Shown here piece after piece: positions 21,585 to 30,845 of a stretch of 32,000 bases of DNA. Source of the stretch: Candidatus Iainarchaeum sp. GTDB taxonomy: Archaea; Iainarchaeota; Iainarchaeia; Iainarchaeales; 0-14-0-20-34-12. Numbering within the stretch: the first letter of the stretch is position 1; the number at the start of each line of letters is the position of its first letter. The stretch spans positions 54,315 to 86,314 of the forward strand of contig JAUSKK010000038.1 in NCBI GenBank assembly GCA_030649345.1, written 5' to 3'. Both the position numbers and the translations under genes were made by a program. The notes under the pieces are model-generated. The model was not told the origin of the DNA. It saw only the letters and a program-made list of their open reading frames with translations, and did no database searches.

Positions 21585-22358
21585 ATGTATTTTATGGCTA
21601 GTGACCGAACACAAACAGGTATTGAAGGCTTGGATAAAGCATTAAATGGAGGCATTCCTTCAGGAAATTTAGTCTTATTGTCGGGTGGAGCTGGAACTGG
21701 TAAGAGTACCTTATGCTTGCAGTACTGCATTAATGGTTGTGTAAAATTTAATGAGAAAGCTTTGTTTATTTCAACAGAGCAAACGCCCACTGAATTACTA
21801 AGACAGGCTGCTCAATACAATTGGCCTTTGACTGATTTGATTAACAAAGGCAAACTCAAGATAGAATACTTTGATGTTACCAAAGGCGACGAGTTCTTGA
21901 AACGAATCGATGAAAGCATTGATCACTTTAAACCCAACAGAATTGCTTTAGATTCTTTAACCACATTAGCCGATGCTTTATTAATTTCAGACATGTCAGA
22001 AGAAACTGCTTTTAGTATGGTTCAAATTGCCGAAAGCGTAAACCCTATTCCAAGAACTGAACAAATAATTACAAAAACACTATTATACAGATTAATTGGA
22101 GCACTCAAAAAATATCATGTTACAACTTTACTCACAAGCGAATTGCCGGAAGAAGGAAAAACACTAAGCGCAGATGGAGTAAGTGAGTTTATTACGGATG
22201 GAGTAATTTTATTAAGTTATTTGAGTGTTGGTGCAACTGAATTAAGAGTTCTTAAAATAAGAAAAATGAGATATTCTGTTCACACTAAAGAATATCTGAC
22301 TTATGATTTTTCATCCAAAGGGCTTGAATGCAAACTTGAAGAACAGTTAAGTATTTAG
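21585..22358 (+). CDS. KaiC-like / RecA-superfamily ATPase (single domain)
   Basis: TGIEGLDKALNGGIPSGNLVLLSGGAGTGKSTLCLQY (Walker A), RIALDSLT (Walker B-like) and TTLLTSE. Alternative start at 21594 (MASDRTQ). Confidence 0.85.
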   Translation: MYFMASDRTQTGIEGLDKALNGGIPSGNLVLLSGGAGTGKSTLCLQYCINGCVKFNEKALFISTEQTPTELLRQAAQYNWPLTDLINKGKLKIEYFDVTKGDEFLKRIDESIDHFKPNRIALDSLTTLADALLISDMSEETAFSMVQIAESVNPIPRTEQIITKTLLYRLIGALKKYHVTTLLTSELPEEGKTLSADGVSEFITDGVILLSYLSVGATELRVLKIRKMRYSVHTKEYLTYDFSSKGLECKLEEQLSI

Positions 22359-22371
22359 TTATTGATTTCTA

Positions 22372-22941
22372 ATGTGGGATACTGTTGCCAAACTTTTAAT
22401 GCACAAACAAATTTCCTTTGAAAAAGGTAAAATAGAAATATTTGGTCGGCTTTCATCACTGTTGCCATCAGATTCGTTTGTGACTCTACAAATGGAACTT
22501 GAGACACGTGGACTTCAAAACTTAATATATTTTAAAGCAAAAGAATCAGGCGCAAAATGGTTTGTTGAAATGAATAAATATTATCATTTGAAAGGAATGG
22601 ATGTAATTAAATGGGGGTCTGAAATAGTTACATTTGCCGGTTGGGGTGAAGCAATAATTGTAAGACGAGATGATTCAAAAAAAGAAATTGTATTTAATTT
22701 AAAAAATTCAATAACTGCAAAATTACACCCAGCCTCAGTAGTGCCAGTTGATCATTTATTTCGAGGCTTACTTTGTGGTGCAATGGCCACAATTTATGAT
22801 ATTGAATTATCTAAAATTGACGCAGTTGAAACTAAGTGTATTGCGATGGGTAGTCCAATCTGTGAATTTATTGTCAAACAAACTAGCGAATTTGATGTTA
22901 ATAATGATTTAGTTAAAGCTCAGCTAACTCCGGTAATGTAA
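22372..22941 (+). CDS. V4R domain protein
   Basis: VDHLFRGLLCGAMATIY ... VETKCIAMGSPICEFIVK. Located 13 nt downstream of the KaiC-like gene. Confidence 0.75.
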   Translation: MWDTVAKLLMHKQISFEKGKIEIFGRLSSLLPSDSFVTLQMELETRGLQNLIYFKAKESGAKWFVEMNKYYHLKGMDVIKWGSEIVTFAGWGEAIIVRRDDSKKEIVFNLKNSITAKLHPASVVPVDHLFRGLLCGAMATIYDIELSKIDAVETKCIAMGSPICEFIVKQTSEFDVNNDLVKAQLTPVM

Positions 22942-23792
22942 AAAGCTGTTATTGTAATCCCAATTTCGACAAGTAATACGTACCAAATATATGTACTGAC
23001 ATTTTTTGAGTGAATAATTAAATTTTCATTTGAATTGATTATTTTTACCTTTTTATTTAATGCCCAAAATAACATCAAAGATAAAATTACTGGTAATAAA
23101 AAAAGTTTATTTAAATTACTAAAAATAATAGCCACTGTTAATCCAACGAAAAGTAAATACACTGAATTCATAATCCATTTTAAAGTGCTCTTTTCGCCAA
23201 TTAATAGTGGAATGGTTTTGAAACCAAATTTTTTCTCACCTTGTTGATCTTCAATATCTTTTATTGGTGCAATAATTCCAATGAGTAAACTAAAAAAAAC
23301 AAAAAATATGATTGAAAATGGATTATTGCTGATTAAAAATCCACAAATAAAAGGAATTATTGAATAAAACATTGCTCCAAAAATAGGAGTTGCAAATATT
23401 TTCCTTTTTAGGTAAAACGGCCTTGCAGTATATGCGATTGTAAGAATTGCAAGTAAAATAATTGTAAAAAAAATGTTGGCACTAACAAAGTATGCTAAAC
23501 TAAGACTAATTATATAAAAGGCAATTGCTAAAAACAGTATAACTTTTTTATCAACTTTTTTGTTTGGGATTGGTCTATTGGGTTTGTTTATCTTATCCAG
23601 GGTTTCATCTTCAACCATATTAAGAAAATTGAATCCACTTATTGTAAAAATAAGTGCAAAAAGTGTTAGTACCAATTTAGAACCAATTGGGAATATTCCT
23701 GCGTGAATGGCTAATGAACTAAATAGTCCAATTGCCACTAAGATAATGTATTGGGGGGCCAAAAGTGAGCTGATTTCTTTCAATGTAAGCAT
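22920..23792 (-). CDS. UbiA-family prenyltransferase (possible DGGGP synthase-like), polytopic membrane protein
   Basis: NMVEDETLDKINKPNRPIP gives NxxxDxxxD followed by RP.P. The second motif is KDIEDQQGEKKFGFKTIP. About 8 hydrophobic helices. Confidence 0.8.
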   Translation of the reverse strand: MLTLKEISSLLAPQYIILVAIGLFSSLAIHAGIFPIGSKLVLTLFALIFTISGFNFLNMVEDETLDKINKPNRPIPNKKVDKKVILFLAIAFYIISLSLAYFVSANIFFTIILLAILTIAYTARPFYLKRKIFATPIFGAMFYSIIPFICGFLISNNPFSIIFFVFFSLLIGIIAPIKDIEDQQGEKKFGFKTIPLLIGEKSTLKWIMNSVYLLFVGLTVAIIFSNLNKLFLLPVILSLMLFWALNKKVKIINSNENLIIHSKNVSTYIWYVLLVEIGITITAFYITGVS

Positions 23793-23839
23793 ATTTATTA
23801 ATACGTCTTAATCTATTAAAATATTCGCATGGTGCTATT

Positions 23840-24919
23840 GTGGATTTAAATATCATCGGAGGAGGAATTGCTGGGCTTACTTGTGCCATAAAGTTAGCAG
23901 AAGCTGGAAAAACAGTGGAAGTCTTTGAAAAACAAGATTTTATTGGAAAAAGCGAAGGTGAAAATCTTAAAGCAATCCGTAATTATGATGTTAAAATCGA
24001 TCTTATTGAATATCTTAAAAAAAATAATATTGATTTGAAAAATGTTAAACCAATTGATAAAATTACCAAATATTCTCCAACTGGAAAAAAGATGACTGTT
24101 ACTTCTGACAATGGTCCACTATTTTATATATTAAAAAAAGGCCATGATGAAAAGTCTGTCGATTATGAACTTTATGAGCATGCATTGAATCATGATGTAA
24201 AAATTCGCTTTGGTCAAAATAAAATTATAACTGATGGTGACGTAATTTCAGTAAATACTATTTATCGAAATATTTGGGCTCATGGGGCAATGTATTCTGA
24301 TGTCGATGTTGACGAGTCTGAAATACTTTTTTTTATGGACAATAATTATGCGCCTCAAGGATACATCTATGGTATGCCTTTTGGGAAGCACCAATTTTGT
24401 TTAGGTTCTGTAAGTTTTGATTTGAATTGTGCTCTTCCCATTTTATTTAGACGTTTTATTACGGAAAATAGTGTAATCTCTAAAATTCTTGAAAATGCAA
24501 CACTAACAAATCACTATGGTGGCTTTGCGTACTCTAATATTCCTGAAACTGCAGTGATTAATAAAAAATTATTTATAGGTTCTGCCGCTGGTTTTATAGA
24601 TCCAGCCCGTGGTTTTGGTGTTAAATATGCCTTCCAATCAGCGATATTGGCTGCAAATGCACTGACCAATAATCTAAATTATGATACACTTTGGAAAACT
24701 GAATTTAGAGCTGAATTAATAGATGGTTACAAGCGCCGACTTTTACTTGAAAAAATGAGTAATGCTGATTATGAAAAATTAATTATTGATGAAAAGGTTT
24801 CCATTAAAAATTATGAAAAGATACCATTTGGACTACAAAATCTATTTAAAAAAATTGAGTTATCTGTTGAGCTTAATAGTTTAAAGCAAAAATATGATTT
24901 AACTAAACTATTTAGGTAA
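23840..24919 (+). CDS. FAD-dependent oxidoreductase, geranylgeranyl reductase family
   Basis: GTG start. MDLNIIGGGIAGLTCAIKLAEAGKTVEVFEK (GxGxxG ... E) and GSAAGFIDPARGFGVKYAFQSAILAA (GDAAG..P..G.GI-like). Confidence 0.75.
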   Translation: MDLNIIGGGIAGLTCAIKLAEAGKTVEVFEKQDFIGKSEGENLKAIRNYDVKIDLIEYLKKNNIDLKNVKPIDKITKYSPTGKKMTVTSDNGPLFYILKKGHDEKSVDYELYEHALNHDVKIRFGQNKIITDGDVISVNTIYRNIWAHGAMYSDVDVDESEILFFMDNNYAPQGYIYGMPFGKHQFCLGSVSFDLNCALPILFRRFITENSVISKILENATLTNHYGGFAYSNIPETAVINKKLFIGSAAGFIDPARGFGVKYAFQSAILAANALTNNLNYDTLWKTEFRAELIDGYKRRLLLEKMSNADYEKLIIDEKVSIKNYEKIPFGLQNLFKKIELSVELNSLKQKYDLTKLFR

Positions 24920-24965
24920 TTCTTCCGTGCAGATTGAACGGGAACTTTTATAAATTTGAAAATTT

Positions 24966-27842
24966 ATGGATAATAAGATGGTTTCTGGAAAAGTAATTGT
25001 TTTGTTTTTGCTGGTTTTGCTGAGTTGTACTTTAACTGCAAGCGCGCAATCTTTGAGTTCAGAAGTTGAAAACATTCAAATTCAAGCCCAAAAATATGAA
25101 TCTCAAGAAATTAGTTTCCTGCAATTAAAAATGCTGCTCAATCAAGCCAGAGAAAATATTGTCAGCAAAATTGAAAACCAAAGAATTCAAATCTCTGGCC
25201 AAGAAGAAAACAGAAACGAATTAGGCTGGAGTACAGAAAGCATCCAACAACTATTAGGAGAACCTACTGGATACGATGAATGGCTATGGTTTGAAAACTT
25301 AAGACAATCCAAACGAGTGAAAGAAAAAATTGCCAAATGGGAAAAAACAATCTGGGATGGGCAAAAAATTAAAATAACCCTAAATGCTTGGCCGCAAGCA
25401 CTCCAACACGAACAAGAAATTATTCAATTTTACTGGATTGATTTAGATTTAAAATTTAAAAAACCAGAAGATCGGCTGGAAAAAAACAAAATCATCCAAG
25501 AACTAGACACAGCCATACAAAATTACAAAAATCAAACCACGGATATTAAAGAATTTGCAAAAACAACAGTAGAACTAGAAAAACAACTGCAAACATTTTC
25601 TGAAAACAATCAAAAAAATTGCGCGGCAGCCATGGAAAACTTTTTTGAATTCACACCCCAAGAACGCCTTAGAACCCAATGGCAAGGAGTACTATTCGAA
25701 GGACAAAATTTTGAACTAGAACTCAACTTAGATGAAGGCAAAGAACCAGACCACAATTACCAATACTGGAATGCCAGAGTAGACTTCCGGCCAACAACAG
25801 ACAATTTTAAATTACCAGAATTTTTACCTCAAGAAAACAACTTACAAGAAGAAATTGCAAACCAACAACCCGAAGAATTAATTCAAGAACTTAAAAAAAG
25901 ACTAAATCAAATCAAAGAATTTGCAAAAACACTGGATATTATTCCCAATGCTTCAGCTGGGCAACAAATTCAAGAAAACTTGTACTGGATTCAAGAAGCA
26001 AGCAATGTATTAAACCAAAAAGCCAACAATCAAGAATATGGTTACACTCTAGAAAAACTTGCACAAGACTGGGAACAAATATTTCAAGAATTTACAACCA
26101 ATTATGAAAAAAATACAATTACTGAAAAAAGATTCAATGTCTTAGTCTTAGATGAACAAAAAGAACAAACATCCGCCTATTGTCAAGCCAAAGAAACAGA
26201 CTGCGGAGAAAACAATGTCTGCCAAAATGCTGTTTGTGTGAGTGCTTTAGGTGGAAATGAAATCTGTGACAACCAACAAGACGATGATTTAGATACTTTA
26301 AATAACTGCGAAGACCCAGACTGCTTTGAAACCTGCAGAAATCCGCCAGAAATAAATGAAAATAGTTTTCCGGAACCGCAAAATAGTCCGGAACAAGAAA
26401 ATTCTATTTCAGAACCTGAAAGTAATCCAGAAAATTCAAATCCAGGCTCTGAAAACAATGAATTAGAAAATTCTAATCCTGAATTAAATGAAAACAATTC
26501 TTTGCAAAATACAGGAAATGTTTTACTGCAAGCAAACGAAAATGAATCTAGGTGCGGTGAATCGGTTTGCAGAACAAATCAAGTATGCAATTCAGAAAAA
26601 GGCTGGTGTGATTGCAGGCAAGGATTCTTTGACTGTGACGGCGAATGGTTAAATGGCTGCGAAAGCCAAAGTTCCTGCAAACAATGTCAAACCAATCAAG
26701 ATTGTGCTCAAACCAGGTGCAGTGAAGACAATCGAAGACTTACTGAATTTGAATGCAAACAAGGAGATAGTTATACTGAAAATATAGCTTCAGTTGAATT
26801 GGCTGGAAGTTGTGAAATACTGAATTCTGGAGAAATTCGAGCCGGAGTATGGATTAGTGCTTGGGGTGAAGGATTTGAAAACTTTAATGAATTCAAACAA
26901 GAATACTATTCTCAAGATGATAAAAGTCATTGCTTGAAAGAATTTGAATCCTTTAAACAAGAACGCATTGAATTACAAAAATCTTTAAACAATGAATTGC
27001 TGGAATGGTTTTATGAAAATTCAGTTAAACAAAAAGTAAATGATTTTGAAAAACACACGCGTTCCATTCGTGCAATTTATGAAAGTTTTATTCGCGTCAA
27101 CGGAGACTTAGCCAGAAGCATGACTTGCTTGAATATGACTCAATTGCCTGCAGAAATTCAACCGATTTCCAAAGTAAAACTAGACGCAGGAAATGGGTAT
27201 GTTGAAATATGGGAAGAAAAAAAGACAACTGCTTTTTTTGCAGAAGGCCAGCAAACTCAAACAAGCGTGGAAGTAATTTCGCCGTATGCTACGTTTTGGT
27301 TTTTTCCAACAAGAGAAGAATTTAAAGAAGAATTCAAAAAACACTTTTTTGAAGAAGGTCCAGAATCTGAAGGGCCCAGTCCAGATGAATTGAAACAAAT
27401 CAGAAACGATTTACAGGTAATACAAAAAATTGAAAGAATTAGTGACTTGTTTGGAGGAGAAGCCAAATTAGTAATGGAAATACGAGATGGAAGTGAAGCA
27501 ATTGCCCGCGGAGTATTCTCCATTGATCCAGTGAATTTAGTTCGATTTGATAAAACGTTAGACAAACCTGAAGATACAGACGTAACTTTAGTGGTGGGTT
27601 TGGATTTTATGTATGGAATTATGGAAGGTATTTTTAAAGAACAATTCGAGAACGATGTCCAAAAACCATATTGGGAAGAACAATTTGAATTTGAAATTGA
27701 TGATGCTTTAATTGAAATTAAAATTTTCAGTAACTTAATTGGCGGTTTACTTTCTGGGCAAATTATAGTTGAACCCTTTTATCAATTGCCGAATACTCTT
27801 TTAGCATTGCAAGAATTAATGACTTTAATGCCCAAAGGATAA
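24966..27842 (+). CDS. Large secreted protein (958 aa) with Q/E/K-rich helical region, Cys-rich modules and acidic N/E/S/P low-complexity linker
   Basis: Signal peptide VIVLFLLVLLSCTLTASAQ. Cys clusters at about aa 405-460 and 525-590. NSPEQENSISEPESNPENSNPGSENNELENSNPELNENNS linker (about 26350-26500). Confidence 0.8.
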   Translation: MDNKMVSGKVIVLFLLVLLSCTLTASAQSLSSEVENIQIQAQKYESQEISFLQLKMLLNQARENIVSKIENQRIQISGQEENRNELGWSTESIQQLLGEPTGYDEWLWFENLRQSKRVKEKIAKWEKTIWDGQKIKITLNAWPQALQHEQEIIQFYWIDLDLKFKKPEDRLEKNKIIQELDTAIQNYKNQTTDIKEFAKTTVELEKQLQTFSENNQKNCAAAMENFFEFTPQERLRTQWQGVLFEGQNFELELNLDEGKEPDHNYQYWNARVDFRPTTDNFKLPEFLPQENNLQEEIANQQPEELIQELKKRLNQIKEFAKTLDIIPNASAGQQIQENLYWIQEASNVLNQKANNQEYGYTLEKLAQDWEQIFQEFTTNYEKNTITEKRFNVLVLDEQKEQTSAYCQAKETDCGENNVCQNAVCVSALGGNEICDNQQDDDLDTLNNCEDPDCFETCRNPPEINENSFPEPQNSPEQENSISEPESNPENSNPGSENNELENSNPELNENNSLQNTGNVLLQANENESRCGESVCRTNQVCNSEKGWCDCRQGFFDCDGEWLNGCESQSSCKQCQTNQDCAQTRCSEDNRRLTEFECKQGDSYTENIASVELAGSCEILNSGEIRAGVWISAWGEGFENFNEFKQEYYSQDDKSHCLKEFESFKQERIELQKSLNNELLEWFYENSVKQKVNDFEKHTRSIRAIYESFIRVNGDLARSMTCLNMTQLPAEIQPISKVKLDAGNGYVEIWEEKKTTAFFAEGQQTQTSVEVISPYATFWFFPTREEFKEEFKKHFFEEGPESEGPSPDELKQIRNDLQVIQKIERISDLFGGEAKLVMEIRDGSEAIARGVFSIDPVNLVRFDKTLDKPEDTDVTLVVGLDFMYGIMEGIFKEQFENDVQKPYWEEQFEFEIDDALIEIKIFSNLIGGLLSGQIIVEPFYQLPNTLLALQELMTLMPKG

Positions 27843-27850
27843 AATTAGCT

Positions 27851-29188
27851 TTAAGGTGCCAGTCGATTCATGGTTCGCGGGAAAGGAATAGCATCTTTTA
27901 CAGAATCTAATTTTAATAACCAGCGGCAAATTCTTTCGGAGCCCATTCCAAAACCTGAATGGGGAACTGTTCCATATTTTCGCAAGTCTGTAAACCATTC
28001 ATAATCTTTGGGGTTTAATCCAGCAATCTTCATGCGTTCAATTAATTCACTATAATCCGAGACACGTTCTGAGCCTCCAATAATTTCTCCAATTCCTTCC
28101 GGGGCCAATAAATCTCCGTCCAATACTGTTCTTGGATCTTGGGGATTAATTTTCATATAAAATGCACGAATTTCTTTCGGTAAATTAATTAAAAAAATTG
28201 GCTGCTTGTTTTCTTGAACTAAAATCTTTTCTTCATCTAATCCTATTCCGTCGCCCCATTTAATTTTGACTCCTTTTTTTTGCAAAACATCCAAAGCTGT
28301 TTCATACGTCATGCGATCAAATGGTGCTTTAATATTCAATAAATCTTGAGGATCTCGGCCAAATCTTTTCAATAATTCTGCTTGTTCTTTTCCGAGTTTG
28401 TGGCAAAAATATTGAACCAAGTTTTCTTGCAATTCTAAATTCATGTCAAAATCATACCATGCCATTTCGGGTTCCATTTGCCAAAATTCAGTTAAATGTC
28501 TCGGTGTTCTAGAAGGATCTGAACGAAAAGAGGGTGCGAAAACGTAAACTAAAGGATTTCCTGAAATCATGGCTTCACTATACAATTGTCCAGATTGAGA
28601 AAGATATGCTGTGCGGTCAAAATATTTAACTTCAAAAACTTCAGCGCCTCCCTCACAAGCAGAAACAGTAAATAAGGGCGGCTGGACTTCAATAAATCCC
28701 AAAGAATCTAAATATTCGCGGCAAGCTTTCATTAATTCATGCTTGAATTTGAATACATCTGCCATTTTTTGAGAACGAACCCATAAATGTCGTTTGTCTA
28801 ATAATAATTCGATGCTTTGATCTTTTCCAATCGGAAAAGGTTCGCCGCGAAATAAAACTTGCAAATCTTTAACTTGAATTTCAGCTCCACCGGGTGCTCG
28901 TTCATCTTTTTTGGCAACACCAGTCAAAGCTACAACACTGGATTCAGGATATAAGGGTTCTAAAGATTTCCATACTGGTTCTGGCACAGAATCTTTGCTG
29001 ACAGTACATTGAATTATGCCAGATCCATCTTTAATGACTACAAAAAACATGTTCGTTGAACCGCGAGCTCTATACACCCAGCCGCGCAAAGCAACTTCGC
29101 CTACAGGGTTAGCTAGCACGTGTTTAACTAAACCAAATATTTTGGCTTGTTCTTTCAATGGCTTGCTTAAAATAGTCTTCAAATCCAT
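27851..29188 (-). CDS. asnS: Asparaginyl-tRNA synthetase (class IIb)
   Basis: OB-fold LRGWVYRARGSTNMFFVVIKDGSGIIQC. Motif 2 region FRSDPSRTPRHLTEFWQMEPEMAW. Motif 3 HSGFGMGSERICRWLL. Confidence 0.88.
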   Translation of the reverse strand: MDLKTILSKPLKEQAKIFGLVKHVLANPVGEVALRGWVYRARGSTNMFFVVIKDGSGIIQCTVSKDSVPEPVWKSLEPLYPESSVVALTGVAKKDERAPGGAEIQVKDLQVLFRGEPFPIGKDQSIELLLDKRHLWVRSQKMADVFKFKHELMKACREYLDSLGFIEVQPPLFTVSACEGGAEVFEVKYFDRTAYLSQSGQLYSEAMISGNPLVYVFAPSFRSDPSRTPRHLTEFWQMEPEMAWYDFDMNLELQENLVQYFCHKLGKEQAELLKRFGRDPQDLLNIKAPFDRMTYETALDVLQKKGVKIKWGDGIGLDEEKILVQENKQPIFLINLPKEIRAFYMKINPQDPRTVLDGDLLAPEGIGEIIGGSERVSDYSELIERMKIAGLNPKDYEWFTDLRKYGTVPHSGFGMGSERICRWLLKLDSVKDAIPFPRTMNRLAP

Positions 29189-29341
29189 TAAAATCGTCCC
29201 GATTTTAAATTTTTAAATTTTGTTGCAAAATTTAAATCCATAGTATCATTTATAGATGCAAAAACATTTAAAGCTAGAGATTGTGTTAAGGCATTGCAAG
29301 ACTCTGAAAGATTTAAAGTTTGATTTAACCTAAAGCAAGTA

Positions 29342-30118
29342 ATGCATTCCGTAAAACAAGTTTATGAAACTTACCCGTATCCTAGAAGATGGGTGAATTC
29401 CAAAGAAGATTTAATGAATTACTTAGACTGGGTTTTGGAAGCCATTGGATTGGAAAAAACTTGGCTCAAAGACAAACACATTTTAGAAATTGGCTGTGGC
29501 ACAGGAGAAATAGCGAATGCTTTAAGTTTAGCTGGAGCGCATGTAATTGCTTTAGATTTAAGTAAAAATTCATTAAAGTATGCTCAAAAATTGAAAGAAA
29601 AATTTCAAACCCAAAATCTAGAATTCATTAATGGGAATGCTTTAAGCTTGCCTTTGAAAGAAAATCAAAAATTTGACTTAGTGTTAAGCTTGGGGGTCCT
29701 TCATTACACTGGAAATACAAAAAAAGCAATTCAGCTAGCCAGCCAGCATGTCAAATCTACTGGCTATCTTTCTGTTGGGCTATATAATAAAATCGGAAGA
29801 CTTCGAATGAGAATTAAAAGATTTATTGTTCAAAAATTGGCTGGAAATAATTTAGAAAAACAAATGCAGTTAGGCAAAAAATTATTTGGTTATGGAAATA
29901 CGGCTATGCATGAACAAGTTTGGCTGGCAGACAAATATGCCGTGCCTGTAGAAACCTATCATTCGCTGAAAGAAGTTACTAAATGGTTTGAAAAAAATAA
30001 ATTTGAAATTGTAAACATTCGGCCAAAACTGAAATGGAAAAGTTTTTTGAAAAATGAAATAAACTGGTTTTTTGAAAAGCGAGGAGCTTTTTTTATTGTA
30101 ACTGGAAAAAAGAATTAG
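29342..30118 (+). CDS. Class I SAM-dependent methyltransferase
   Basis: ILEIGCGTGEIANALSLAGAHVIALDLS (motif I plus acidic loop) and FDLVLSLGVLHY. Confidence 0.85.
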   Translation: MHSVKQVYETYPYPRRWVNSKEDLMNYLDWVLEAIGLEKTWLKDKHILEIGCGTGEIANALSLAGAHVIALDLSKNSLKYAQKLKEKFQTQNLEFINGNALSLPLKENQKFDLVLSLGVLHYTGNTKKAIQLASQHVKSTGYLSVGLYNKIGRLRMRIKRFIVQKLAGNNLEKQMQLGKKLFGYGNTAMHEQVWLADKYAVPVETYHSLKEVTKWFEKNKFEIVNIRPKLKWKSFLKNEINWFFEKRGAFFIVTGKKN

Positions 30119-30127
30119 ATTGAAAAT

Positions 30128-30167
30128 AAAGAGTGGTTTTATACTGGGTATTCCCCCACCACTCTTT
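30128..30167. terminator. 10-bp perfect stem hairpin between convergent genes
   Basis: AAAGAGTGGT (30128-30137) pairs with ACCACTCTTT (30158-30167) around a 20-nt loop. It lies between the methyltransferase stop and the NYN-gene stop. Confidence 0.45.
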
Positions 30168-30221
30168 CCTTGAAGATATATAAATTACTTATCTAAACCG
30201 GTTTATATGACTATTGTTTGC

Positions 30222-30632
30222 TTAAAGTTTTATTTCTTCAAAAAGCTCATCTAATAGGAAAACTTTGTCGGCAATATTGCGTAAGTCTTTGGATAAGTTT
30301 CTCTTAAAAGATACCACCCAAACTTTTAGTCCTTTATCTTTTGCACATTCAACAGCATCTTTGTAATCCTCATCACCGCTAACTAAAATGCAAATATCGC
30401 AAGTGTTTTGCCAAGCATGTCTTAAAATATCAGTTGCCAGAGATACATCAACACCTTTTTGTACCCAATATTCTTCTCTTTTTTTGCAACTAGAACACGT
30501 ACGTACTCTTGATTTTAAAATTCTAAGCCGCAATTGAAATCCTTTGCTTTGCAATGCGTGTAAAAAATCTTGCTTATGTTGGGTAATCTTTTCAGGAACT
30601 CCGTCAATAAAAATCAATGCCTTTTCTTTCAT
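30222..30632 (-). CDS. NYN-domain (LabA/DUF88-like) protein, putative RNase
   Basis: ALIFIDGVPE, then CSSCKKREEYWVQKGVDVSLATDIL, then DICILVSGDEDYKDAVECAKDKGLKVWVVSF. Confidence 0.75.
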   Translation of the reverse strand: MKEKALIFIDGVPEKITQHKQDFLHALQSKGFQLRLRILKSRVRTCSSCKKREEYWVQKGVDVSLATDILRHAWQNTCDICILVSGDEDYKDAVECAKDKGLKVWVVSFKRNLSKDLRNIADKVFLLDELFEEIKL

Positions 30633-30845
30633 AATGATCTTGCAAGGGGGTGATTTAGGCTATCCGCTTTTTTTTCTCAAAGTGGAGCAAGGAGAACGGA
30701 TAGCCCCACACACCTAGTTTTTTCTTCAACTCTCTTTCTTACACTTAGCAAGTGCTATCAAACTTGAGTTGAGTTCATTAAAATAACTTGGGTTGAATTT
30801 CATTCAACTGTTTGGTTTAATAAATTTTTTAAATAAATTTAATGT

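Noticed and set aside
21578-21790. 70-aa minus-strand ORF at the 5' end of the KaiC-like gene
   Set aside because: It is antisense to the Walker A region of a well-supported ATPase gene.
26183-27565. Minus-strand ORFs inside the 958-aa gene (26183-26497, 27180-27398, 27257-27565)
   Set aside because: They are antisense shadows of the low-complexity and Lys/Glu-rich coding sequence.
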